IMG/VR virus record: IMGVR_UViG_3300029208_000007
Direction: 5' to 3' (one strand)
Source: a virus
Length of the DNA: 64,000 nt
The notes under the pieces: generated by a model
The model's input: only the letters and a program-made list of their open reading frames with translations
Databases searched by the model: none
Told to the model about the DNA's origin: nothing
Program-made: the position numbers and the translations under genes
In this document: piece by piece, positions 54,230 to 62,974 of the stretch
Layout of the letters: every line of letters begins with the position of its first letter
How positions within the stretch are numbered: the stretch's first letter is position 1

Positions 54230-54826
54230 ATGAAAGAATTAAAAGTCAGATTAACATTTTTAGAGGAAGTTCTGGGGACTGCAAATGCAGAAAAAGATAT
54301 TCACGAGAAATTTATAGCATCTAAAGCACCAGATGCACCTTCCAGAGAACAGGAAGTTGAAGCTTTAGGAATTGAAGAAGTTGTCGAAAAAGGTCGAACA
54401 GTATTTCCGAAAGATGATAACGGCAATCCGTTCCTTTGGGACTACCAGATCAGAGGATTCTTTAAGTCAGCTGCACAGGCCAGTTCCTATATCGGTGGAG
54501 CAAAGAAACTTGCAGCTTATAAGAAAAAAATTGACTTACTGGTATTTGTAAACGAACGCAAAATTCCGTTTGTTCTTCCAGAAGGTACAGAACTTTCTGA
54601 TTGTCAGAGACCACTGAGAGCGCAGACAGCACAGGGCGAAAGAATTTCTTTGGCAGACAGCGAAACTGTGCCGGCAGGATCAACAGTGGAATTTACAGTC
54701 AAGGTACTTGATGATTCACTTATGAAGTATGTAATTGACTGGCTTGATTATGGAGAGTTTAACGGCATTGGTCAGTGGCGAAACTCAGGCAAAGGCCGTT
54801 TCAAATGGACTGAAATCACAAAATAA
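54230..54826 (+). CDS. hypothetical protein with C-terminal glycine-rich loop GIGQWRNSGKGRF
   Basis: ORF with a GGAGG RBS, flanked on both sides by the degenerate repeats. Confidence 0.55.
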   Translation: MKELKVRLTFLEEVLGTANAEKDIHEKFIASKAPDAPSREQEVEALGIEEVVEKGRTVFPKDDNGNPFLWDYQIRGFFKSAAQASSYIGGAKKLAAYKKKIDLLVFVNERKIPFVLPEGTELSDCQRPLRAQTAQGERISLADSETVPAGSTVEFTVKVLDDSLMKYVIDWLDYGEFNGIGQWRNSGKGRFKWTEITK

Positions 54827-54829
54827 GCT

Positions 54830-54969
54830 ACGGCATGGCTGAATGTAGTTATGATAGGCAAAGCAAAGGCGCAGAATTGCTGGGTAATGATTTGCTTCGG
54901 CGAAGCGTAGAACTGAACAGAAATGCAAACAAAAAATAAGTTAATTAATATAAGAAAAGGAGAATTAAA
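54830..54969 (+). repeat. second patch of the same degenerate repeats
   Basis: GCTACGGCATGG, GCTTCGGCGAAGCGTAGAACTG. Confidence 0.45.
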
Positions 54970-55902
54970 ATGGCAAGCAAAACGCAGGTAACAACAGTAG
55001 GAGAACAGCAGGCAGCAGTTGTGATTAACAATCAGTTTATTGACGGATTGACAAAACAGCTTGAAGAAAAATGTAAATATGGTCTTTCTTTTCCAAAAGA
55101 CTACAATCTCAGCAATGCACTTATGGGGGCATATCTGGTTCTCAAGGAAACGAAAGACAGGAATAACAAACCAATTCTGGAATCTTGTAGTCAGATTAGC
55201 ATCGCAAATAGTCTTATGAACATGGCAACACTAGGGCTTTCAGTACAAAAAAAACAGGGGTATTTCATCGCTTACAGCGGTCAATGCCAGTTCCAGAGAT
55301 CATATTTCGGAAATATGACGATTGCCAGAAGATACGGAATGAAAGATATTCACGCAGAGATCATCTACCAAGGAGATAAATTTAAATATCATATTGAAGA
55401 CGGAAATAAGGTTCTGGATTCTCACGAACAGGATTTCATGAACATTGATAATGAAAAAATCCTTGGCGCATACGCAGTTGTGCTGATGGAAGATGGGGCG
55501 AAGCATTTGGAAGTAATGAACATCAAACAGATTAAGCAAGCTTGGTCACAGGGCTTCGGATACAAGGAAAATGGAAATGGCACACACCAGAAATTCACTG
55601 ATCAGATGGCAAAGAAAACCGTTATCAATCGCGCCTTAAAGCAGATCATCAACACTCATGGTGATGCTTTCGTACAGGAAGCGGACGATGATACAGAAAC
55701 AGTTTCAAGAGATGACGCTTTTGCAGCTGATGTTGCATATGAAATCGAACAGCACGCCAACAAAGAGGAATTTGTGCCAGTAATCGAGGAACAGCCTAAA
55801 CAGCCGACAGTTGCAGAAACCGTAAAAACTGCCGAGAAAGAGCCAGCTCCGGCAGCAGTTGTCGAGCCAGAGATTCCGGATTTTATGAAACAGGAGGAAT
55901 AA
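54970..55902 (+). CDS. recT: RecT-family single-strand annealing protein
   Basis: MNMATLGLS..KQGYFIAY....QFQRSYFG ... KKTVINRALK. Confidence 0.8.
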   Translation: MASKTQVTTVGEQQAAVVINNQFIDGLTKQLEEKCKYGLSFPKDYNLSNALMGAYLVLKETKDRNNKPILESCSQISIANSLMNMATLGLSVQKKQGYFIAYSGQCQFQRSYFGNMTIARRYGMKDIHAEIIYQGDKFKYHIEDGNKVLDSHEQDFMNIDNEKILGAYAVVLMEDGAKHLEVMNIKQIKQAWSQGFGYKENGNGTHQKFTDQMAKKTVINRALKQIINTHGDAFVQEADDDTETVSRDDAFAADVAYEIEQHANKEEFVPVIEEQPKQPTVAETVKTAEKEPAPAAVVEPEIPDFMKQEE

Positions 55903-55914
55903 CGAGGTGATAGC

Positions 55915-56307
55915 ATGATCGGGACGTTAGAAGAAGTCATGAAGGATATGAAATATGGCGTACTTGATTTCACAAAGGACGGTAAATGCAGTGGTTGTGG
56001 ACAATGTTGTAGCAACTACTTGCCAATATCCAGTAAAGAAATTAAACGTTACGTAAAGAAGCATCATATCACTGAACAGAAGCATAATTATCCTTCAGTT
56101 GTGGCATTTGACCTTACTTGCCCGTTCCTGGATGATTCCAAGGCAAAAGAAAAATGTCTTATATATCAAGTGAGACCTGAGATATGCAGAGATTTTGTCT
56201 GCAACAATCAGAACGGGGCAATCAAAAACAAGAAACTTATGCATAAGAAGTACGCAGCAGTAGATATGCGAGAAATATTTTTTGGAGGCAACGGGAATGA
56301 ACAATAA
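55915..56307 (+). CDS. YkgJ-family Cys-cluster (CxxCxxCC) protein
   Basis: CSGCGQCCSNYLP ... CPFLD ... CLIYQVRPEICRDFVC. Confidence 0.65.
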   Translation: MIGTLEEVMKDMKYGVLDFTKDGKCSGCGQCCSNYLPISSKEIKRYVKKHHITEQKHNYPSVVAFDLTCPFLDDSKAKEKCLIYQVRPEICRDFVCNNQNGAIKNKKLMHKKYAAVDMREIFFGGNGNEQ

Positions 56308-56902
56308 AGAAATTTTACAGAAAGCAAAGGAACTGGTTGAACTTCTGGAAAAGCAGGAAGAAGCTGGCAAGGTTGAGTTGTCAATGCTGAAACGAGGAGA
56401 TGTGTTCCAGACCACTGGGAAGCGTAAATACAAGGTTCTGGAACAGTATGGAGATACAACGAAAATTATTTCGTTTGATCTGGTGAAAGAAAATGTAGAG
56501 TTTGGTGATACCTCAGATTACAAAACATCAAAGGTAAAGAAACTGTGTGACATTGAAATTCTGAAGGACTTCGAAAAAGAATTCGGGGCAGAAAATATCG
56601 AAACACACACAGCAGATATTATCACTGCGGATGGACAGAAATTGGGGACTGTTGATTGTAAAATTCGACCGATTACGTTTGATGAAGCACGAGAATACAC
56701 AGATATTACACCGAACAATGACCTGAACGACTGGTATTGGACATTATCGCCATGGTCAACAAAAGAACGTGGATGGAAGAAAGCCTTGGCCGTTGTTTCC
56801 CCTTCGGGCTATATCAGCAACCGCCATTGCAGCAACGGAAATGGTGTTCGCCCAGTTTGTATCTTAAAATCTAATATCTTTGTATCTAAGGTGGAGGAAT
56901 GA
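56297..56902 (+). CDS. DGR target protein 1 (C-type-lectin/DUF1566-like C-terminus)
   Basis: C-terminus WYWTLSPWST...AVVSPSGYISNRHCSNGNGVRPVC contains VR1. Confidence 0.85.
   Translation: MNNKEILQKAKELVELLEKQEEAGKVELSMLKRGDVFQTTGKRKYKVLEQYGDTTKIISFDLVKENVEFGDTSDYKTSKVKKLCDIEILKDFEKEFGAENIETHTADIITADGQKLGTVDCKIRPITFDEAREYTDITPNNDLNDWYWTLSPWSTKERGWKKALAVVSPSGYISNRHCSNGNGVRPVCILKSNIFVSKVEE
56790..56854 (+). repeat. DGR variable repeat VR1
   Basis: A 65-nt match to TR with 6 mismatches. Five of them are at TR adenines. Confidence 0.9.
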
Positions 56903-56904
56903 TT

Positions 56905-57504
56905 ATGAAGAAAAATCTGAAATATTTTGAGGATGAATTATCCAGATTAAGTAAAGAGTTCACAGAATTCAAGAAAAAGCACATCGGAAAGCCGGAAATC
57001 GGAAAAGCTATTGAACTTGCTGGCATGGAATGGCTGATTCTGGATAATACAGAAAAAGGATATTTTGCCATTTTGAATGGATTTGATGGAAAAGAAAGAA
57101 CATTTGATTTAGCTTCAAATAACTGGATTTCGAGTAAACTGAGAAATGAGTTAAATACTCGTTTTCTTAAAAAAATTACTGACGAGTTTGGAGAAGATGC
57201 AGTTATTGAGTTTGATCGAGATTTGCTTTCTTTGGACGGTCAGACAGAATATGGACATTGTAAAGATAAGATTTCGATTTTGACGATGGACGAATACCGA
57301 AAATACAGAAAATTCCTTCCAAATATGGGTAAATGGTGGTGGTTGCTTACTCCATGGAGTACACCAGCAAATGATTACAGTACAACACTTGCCGTTGTTT
57401 CCCCTTCGGGCTGTGTCTACATCAACCTTTGCAGCGACGGAAGTGGTGTTCGCCCAGTTTGTATCTTTTCTTCTTCAATCTTTGAATCGGGGAATGATGA
57501 TTGA
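56905..57504 (+). CDS. DGR target protein 2 (paralogue of target 1)
   Basis: C-terminus WWWLLTPWST...AVVSPSGCVYINLCSDGSGVRPVC contains VR2. Confidence 0.85.
   Translation: MKKNLKYFEDELSRLSKEFTEFKKKHIGKPEIGKAIELAGMEWLILDNTEKGYFAILNGFDGKERTFDLASNNWISSKLRNELNTRFLKKITDEFGEDAVIEFDRDLLSLDGQTEYGHCKDKISILTMDEYRKYRKFLPNMGKWWWLLTPWSTPANDYSTTLAVVSPSGCVYINLCSDGSGVRPVCIFSSSIFESGNDD
57392..57456 (+). repeat. DGR variable repeat VR2
   Basis: A 65-nt match to TR with 12 mismatches. Eleven of them are at TR adenines. Confidence 0.9.
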
Positions 57505-57875
57505 TGGCAAATGAAGATTTAAAGGTAATAACAAAGGCCAAGCAGCTTGCAAAGCATACATTAATAGTTACGAGCAATGCCAGACGATACCCGAAAAAAT
57601 ATAGGTTTTCACTTGTAGATAAAATGCAAAATAAAGCATTGGAAATTTATGAGTCACTATTTGAAGCCAACCGAACTGATCTGAAAGATTATAAAGGAGA
57701 ACGATTAGAACTTCAAACAAAAGCCATTACTCATTGTGATGAGTTGATGTACTTTATAGAACTTTCATATGAATTGGGAATTATCAATTCCGGTGGAATG
57801 GAAGCATGGTCGCAAATGGTAAAAGATATAAAGTATATGACTATTTCATGGAGAACAAAAGACAGAAAAAGATAA
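57504..57875 (+). CDS. avd: DGR accessory variability determinant (Avd-like four-helix bundle)
   Basis: About 123 aa, basic and helical, located between target and TR. It has the Avd/S23-like pattern RYPKKYRFSLVDKM...ALEIYESLFEAN. Confidence 0.75.
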   Translation: MANEDLKVITKAKQLAKHTLIVTSNARRYPKKYRFSLVDKMQNKALEIYESLFEANRTDLKDYKGERLELQTKAITHCDELMYFIELSYELGIINSGGMEAWSQMVKDIKYMTISWRTKDRKR

Positions 57876-57901
57876 TTTTCACAGGTTATGCACTGCGAAT
57901 A

Positions 57902-57966
57902 CCGTTGTTTCCTCTTCGGGCTATATCAACAACAACCATTGCAACAACGAAAATGGTGTTCGCCCA
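57902..57966 (+). repeat. DGR template repeat (TR)
   Basis: Non-coding, between avd and the RT gene. It contains AAC AAC AAC ... AAC AAC codons in the VR reading frame. Confidence 0.9.
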
Positions 57967-58070
57967 ACATGGATCACATGCAGACAGAGTAAGCGTAAAG
58001 CTGAAATCAGAAAAGATACAAGCAAATGCATAACCTTTCCGCAATGGACAAACATAAAGGAACAAAATAA

Positions 58071-59090
58071 ATGGATAAAGAAATTGTTGCAAATTTTGAG
58101 AATTTATATCGTTCTTACAAAAAGGTTAAGAGCGGTAAAAAATTTAATTCAGGTACTGCAAGATTTTCTAATTTGTCTCTTGAAGGCATTCATCTCTTGA
58201 AGGAACAATTAGAAAGTCAAACGTATACCATAAATCCGTATAATAAATTTCAAATTCATGAGCCAAAAGAGCGAACGATAGAATCATGTGCATTTAAGGA
58301 CAAAGTAGTGCAGAGATGTTTTTCTGATTACATTCTGACACCGAAACTTGAAAATATCCTAATTAAATGGAACACTGCCGGACAGCAAGGAAAAGGGCAA
58401 CGCATGGCAATGGACGGGTTAAGAAATCAAATGTTGGATTTCTATAAAAGAAATGGAATGAATAGTTGGATTGTAAAATGTGATATTCACAAATACTTTT
58501 ATTGCATAGACCATGAAATCATGAAAGATGTTTTGGATTATTACTTTGATGATGATTTTACAGTCTGGTTGAACCATTTGTTTATTGACAGTACAGGTAA
58601 TCCCGGGCTTCCATTAGGAAATCAGGTAAATCAAAAGTACGCATTGTTGCTTTTACATTCACTGGATCAGATGATAACGATTGAATTTGGAAATCCATAT
58701 TACGGACGATACAACGATGATTTTTATGTGATTTGTAAAACGAAAGAAGATGCCAGAGAAATTCTTGAAGCAATCCGAATGATGATTGAAAGCCTTGGAT
58801 TGGAGCTAAACCCTAAATCACAAATTGTACCATTTCGCATGGGATTGTGTTATCTGGGCTTTCACCATTACGTGACTGATGAAGGAAAATATATCAGAAA
58901 ATTGCGTGGTGATAAGAAAAGAAAAACACAGAGAAAAATCCGAAGATGGGTACGGGTAGTGAATGACGGGAAGATGTCGATAGAAAAATTCCATGAAAAA
59001 TACGGAGCATGCCAAAATCATATGCTTCATGGAAATTGTATCAAATTATGCCATAGTATGGATTCGGAAATTAAAAGGAGGATAAAATGA
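58071..59090 (+). CDS. DGR reverse transcriptase
   Basis: PGLPLGNQVNQ is a DGR-type LGNxxxQ motif. The catalytic motif is YGRYNDDF. Size is about 340 aa. Confidence 0.9.
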   Translation: MDKEIVANFENLYRSYKKVKSGKKFNSGTARFSNLSLEGIHLLKEQLESQTYTINPYNKFQIHEPKERTIESCAFKDKVVQRCFSDYILTPKLENILIKWNTAGQQGKGQRMAMDGLRNQMLDFYKRNGMNSWIVKCDIHKYFYCIDHEIMKDVLDYYFDDDFTVWLNHLFIDSTGNPGLPLGNQVNQKYALLLLHSLDQMITIEFGNPYYGRYNDDFYVICKTKEDAREILEAIRMMIESLGLELNPKSQIVPFRMGLCYLGFHHYVTDEGKYIRKLRGDKKRKTQRKIRRWVRVVNDGKMSIEKFHEKYGACQNHMLHGNCIKLCHSMDSEIKRRIK

Positions 59091-59437
59091 GATTAATTAG
59101 TCAGAATGGAGAAATTGACGTTCCTTATGAAATCACTTCATTAAGTAGAACCGGAAATATCATAAGAGCATACGTGCCGATGGTAGGTGAAAAGGGAACA
59201 GTTATGGCTCGTTATTTGACAAAAGAAAAAGCCCAAAAAGCTATGAAAGCGTTGCATAAAGTGTATGCAGGAATGTTTCTTGCGCAAAACGTTGAAATGA
59301 GCGATGACGATTACGAGGAATGCATAAAAATGGCTGCAAGAGGTTTTGGAATCATCAAAATAATGGTTAACAGCCCAGATATGAAATTCGAACCGGCAAA
59401 CATTGTGTTTAGATTCCCGGAGGATGATGAAGTATGA
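59087..59437 (+). CDS. hypothetical protein
   Basis: ORF with an overlapping start. Its N-terminal layout is similar to the partial ORF at 63768. Confidence 0.5.
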   Translation: MRLISQNGEIDVPYEITSLSRTGNIIRAYVPMVGEKGTVMARYLTKEKAQKAMKALHKVYAGMFLAQNVEMSDDDYEECIKMAARGFGIIKIMVNSPDMKFEPANIVFRFPEDDEV

Positions 59438-59637
59438 AGAGAGTATACAGTAAAAAGGACTGGGAACAGATAATAACCATTGAACTTACGTTGAGGGAAC
59501 TCAAATTAATACGAGACAGCATGTGCAAAGTAAGTTATGCGGAGTTAGAGAGTCTAAATAGAGGGAAGGACATACCATATGCCTATTCCGATTTAGAGAA
59601 AACCATAGATGAAGTTGAAAATATCTTAGAAGCATAA
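59434..59637 (+). CDS. hypothetical protein
   Basis: ORF with an overlapping start. Confidence 0.5.
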   Translation: MKRVYSKKDWEQIITIELTLRELKLIRDSMCKVSYAELESLNRGKDIPYAYSDLEKTIDEVENILEA

Positions 59638-59668
59638 ATGCAATGTACAGAAAGCGAGGTGATGTCAT

Positions 59669-60437
59669 TTGTTCATGCGAGTAATTTCAACAGGTAGTAC
59701 CAAAGGAAATTGTTACGCTTTGCAGTCAAGTGCAGACGAGATTGTTCTTCTTGACTGCGGGTGCAACTACAAGAAAATCCTCAGAGGGATTGACTATTGG
59801 ATAAGCAATATTGATGCAGTACTTCTTTCTCATGAACACGGGTGACCATACAAAGTCATTCAAGGAAATAATGAATGCAGGCATTCAGATTTACACCAAT
59901 GACGAGACAGTTGAGAACATGAACATCCGAACAGGCGAATTAATGAAAGGTGTTCCAGAAAGGCATCCATTTAGAGTTGGTTCGTTTAACGTGATTCCAT
60001 TTGAATTGCCGCATACAACATACGATAAGGAAGCAAATCAGCTTGTACCTTGCTCGAACTACGGATATCTGGTGGAGCACAATGAAATGGGGAAGCTTCT
60101 GTATATTACTGATTTTGAGTACAGTAAATATAATTTCCAGAAAATGAACATACATCATCTGGTAATTGAATGCAACTACTGTGAAGAATTGGTGGACAAA
60201 ACAGAAGCTAACTACAGTCATAGATTAAAAGGACATTGCTCTTTGTCAACTTGCAAGCAATTCATTAAGCAAAATCGCACAGAATCGCTTCGGACGGTAA
60301 CACTGGTACATTTAAGTGGTCAGGCATCTGATGCCTGTAAAATACAGAAAGAAATACAGGAAGTCGCAGGAGACAATGTTCTGGTTCAGATTGGGCGGGC
60401 TGGACTGGAAGTTGACTTGAATTTATGCCCGTTTTGA
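59669..60437 (+). pseudogene. MBL-fold hydrolase interrupted by a 1-nt frameshift in the HxHxDH motif
   Basis: Frame A reads ..MRVISTGSTKGNCY..VLLSHEHG then stops at TGA (59843-59845). A second frame continues GDHTKSF... from 59841. The switch lies in the GGG run at 59840-59842. Confidence 0.6.
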
Positions 60438-60449
60438 AAGGAGAAAATC

Positions 60450-60578
60450 ATGGAAATGACTGATTGCGACAAATGCAAATACCGTAGAGGTTGCATACTG
60501 GCATGGGACTATGGTTCGCTTTATTGTAATGATTATGAGGAGGATGAGAATGAAAATCTTTTTGAAAGTGATTGATAA
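60450..60578 (+). CDS. small Cys-containing protein, 42 aa
   Basis: ATG follows AAGGAG. Translation starts MEMTDCDKCKYRRGCILAWDYGSLYCNDY. Confidence 0.4.
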
Positions 60579-60912
60579 GCTTAAAAAACAGACACAGTAC
60601 GGGGAAATAGCAGAGCCATATTTGAATTGCAAGTACAATAAAGGTTGGAATGATGCACTAGAAAAAGTTGAAGAACTGATTGCTTCTTACAACTTGAGTG
60701 AAAACTGGATTCCGGTAGATATGAAACTCCCGCCAGAACCAAAACCTAATCATATATTTAAAGGAGACATATATTTGATTACTGTCAAAAAAGGAACAAT
60801 ACCTTTCAGAGCAATGTGGAATGGTGAATATTTTACAGACGGTTTCGAAAAGTTAGAAGTAATTGCGTGGATGCCGTTGCCTGAACCGTATAAGGAGAAA
60901 AAACATGAATAA
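60550..60912 (+). CDS. DUF551-like protein
   Basis: WIPVDMKLPP ... VIAWMPLPEPY. Confidence 0.6.
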   Translation: MKIFLKVIDKLKKQTQYGEIAEPYLNCKYNKGWNDALEKVEELIASYNLSENWIPVDMKLPPEPKPNHIFKGDIYLITVKKGTIPFRAMWNGEYFTDGFEKLEVIAWMPLPEPYKEKKHE

Positions 60913-61327
60913 AGTAATTTTGATCGGACGGTTGATTAAAGATCCAGATGTCCGAATGGGAACGAACAACACAACAATTGCCAGATACACACTTGCAGTT
61001 GAGAGACAGTATCGCAAAAACAATGAACGCACATCAGACTTCATAAATTGTGTTGCGCTTGGAAAAAATGGTGAGTTTACCGAAAAGTACTTGCATAAAG
61101 GCATGAAAATTGCGATTGTCGGCTCATGGCAGACTGGAAATTACACTGACAAGGACGGAAAGAAAGTCTACACAAATGATTGCCTTGTGGAAACACATGA
61201 GTTTGCAGAAAGCAAGAAGAACCAGCCAGAAGAACAGTCGCAGCCACCAGTTCCAAGTCCAGAACAGGACACAAGTGGATTCATGGATATGCCGTCAATT
61301 ATGGATGACGAACTTCCGTTTAATTAA
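60905..61327 (+). CDS. ssb: single-stranded DNA-binding protein
   Basis: MNKVILIGRLIKDPDVR.. and the acidic tail DDELPF. Confidence 0.9.
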   Translation: MNKVILIGRLIKDPDVRMGTNNTTIARYTLAVERQYRKNNERTSDFINCVALGKNGEFTEKYLHKGMKIAIVGSWQTGNYTDKDGKKVYTNDCLVETHEFAESKKNQPEEQSQPPVPSPEQDTSGFMDMPSIMDDELPFN

Positions 61328-61340
61328 GGAGTGATGCCTA

Positions 61341-61931
61341 GTGGATTATAAAAAATTTCGTCAGGCCAAGGCTATCGAAGTGAGTAACAAGAAAAGGCTT
61401 TTAAAAGTTAATCCGGATTTAGATAACAAAAGCGGTATTTATTTCTTAACCAGAGTAGATGAAAACGGAATCCCATTCTTTTATATCGGGCAAGCAGTAC
61501 ATATAATTCAGAGGATGTGTTCACATCTCACTGGATATCAGCACATTGACTTGTCCATAAAGAAAAGAGGATTCTACAGTGAAGATAATCCTTTTGGATG
61601 GAAAATTAATTTCATTCATTATCCGGTAGAACAGCTTGATAAAATGGAGCAGTTCTGGATTCTGGAATATACAAAGAAAGGTTATCAATGCAGATACAAC
61701 AAGACATCTGGAAGCCAAGGCGAGGGGAAAGAAAAGATTAATGAATTCAAACCAGCAAAAGGTTACCGAGATGGGTTGAAGCAAGGCAAAATTGCCCTTG
61801 CAAGAGAATTAAAGCATATCATTGATACTCACTTAGATGTGTCGATCAAACCAGAAAAGTTAAACAACAAGGTGTCTATAAAGGCACTTGGGAAATTCAA
61901 TAATCTTCTTGATGAAGAATCTTACAAATGA
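61341..61931 (+). CDS. GIY-YIG nuclease
   Basis: GIYFLTRV...FFYIGQA. GTG start. Confidence 0.7.
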   Translation: MDYKKFRQAKAIEVSNKKRLLKVNPDLDNKSGIYFLTRVDENGIPFFYIGQAVHIIQRMCSHLTGYQHIDLSIKKRGFYSEDNPFGWKINFIHYPVEQLDKMEQFWILEYTKKGYQCRYNKTSGSQGEGKEKINEFKPAKGYRDGLKQGKIALARELKHIIDTHLDVSIKPEKLNNKVSIKALGKFNNLLDEESYK

Positions 61932-62255
61932 TAAAGCTGCCAGTTCTGGCAGACAAAATCCCAAATAATTACAACTAAATATGCGCACGCCCTCTGGGTT
62001 TGGACTGATTCATGCAACTTCCTTGGCATATGAGCGCGATCTGAACCCAGAGGTTAAAAGAAATGAGGTAACTATGGTAAGTAAATATAACGCCGAAAGA
62101 AAGTATCTCGAAGGGCAAGAGAACAGAACTGATCGAACGTGGAAAGAATATGTCCAGAAATAAATCAACTGATTATGAAGAAACGTCAGATTTCGATTCT
62201 GGTGATGATAACGAGGAAATGTTCACATTTTGATGAAAGGCGGTTTTAGATAAAA

Positions 62256-62483
62256 ATGAGCAAAGTAAAATCTTATGGTTTAAAAGCCTACGTATCCAAT
62301 GCATTTGACCTATGTGTTGGAAAAAGAATCAAATACGCAGAACGTGGTGAGGACGGAATAGAACATATCTATGAAGTAAAACAGATGTTTCCATTTTGCA
62401 TTTTGCTGGAAGATATTTACGATCACACAAGAATTTGCCCTTGTTATAGCAAATTAAGTTTGATGATAAGAGGAATTGAATAA
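62256..62483 (+). CDS. hypothetical protein
   Basis: ORF. Confidence 0.45.
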   Translation: MSKVKSYGLKAYVSNAFDLCVGKRIKYAERGEDGIEHIYEVKQMFPFCILLEDIYDHTRICPCYSKLSLMIRGIE

Positions 62484-62550
62484 AAAATTGGTTAAGAAGA
62501 TGGGAGCATAAAATCATGGTGGACTGCACAATAGCGTATCAGTTGCTTAC

Positions 62551-62934
62551 ATGAGCGAAAGGAGAAGGAGAATGAAGCAGAAAACACCGGAACAGGAATT
62601 AGAGTTGTTAAGAGAAGGCCTATTACATGAGCGTGCTATCTGGGAACACATCAACGAAAATGGCTGTAATGATCCGTTCTGGACAGATGGATGCAATATG
62701 AATCTAACCAGAAACCATATTCTTTCATACAGAAATGAGATTGCAAATTGTTGCGAGGAACATAATCTTCCACTTCAAGAAGAATACTTTCTAAAAGTAC
62801 CGCCAGAAGTTGACGATGATTATATGGCGAACTTTAACCAGAAAGCCCGTGTAGATAGATTGAAACAGCAGGGCGATACATTAAGCCGGAAGAAAAAGAA
62901 GTTTATTGATGATGGACAGATGGAGTTTTGTTGA
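62551..62934 (+). CDS. hypothetical protein (start may be 62572)
   Basis: The AAGGAGAAGGAGA RBS favours the second ATG. Confidence 0.5.
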   Translation: MSERRRRMKQKTPEQELELLREGLLHERAIWEHINENGCNDPFWTDGCNMNLTRNHILSYRNEIANCCEEHNLPLQEEYFLKVPPEVDDDYMANFNQKARVDRLKQQGDTLSRKKKKFIDDGQMEFC

Positions 62935-62974
62935 TTAACCATGTAGTTGCTTACATGGGGAAAGTGAGGATGTA

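Noticed and set aside
57806-58033. ORF 57806..58033 (75 aa) between avd and the RT gene.
   Set aside because: It covers the DGR template repeat. Its translation simply mirrors TR/VR sequence in another frame, and TRs are non-coding.
58071-59090. The reverse transcriptase as a retron or group II intron RT.
   Set aside because: It has an adjacent TR with two adenine-mutated VRs and an Avd gene, plus an LGNxxxQ motif. There is no intron RNA domain or maturase/endonuclease extension, and no msr/msd-like inverted repeats.
61981-62163. ORF 61981..62163 as a gene, and the hairpin-rich stretch 61985-62055 (CCTCTGGGTT/AACCCAGAGG) as an ncRNA.
   Set aside because: The evidence for either reading is weak. 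The ORF start has no SD, although an internal ATG near 62071 does. The stem could equally be a simple terminator or processing site, so it was left unannotated.
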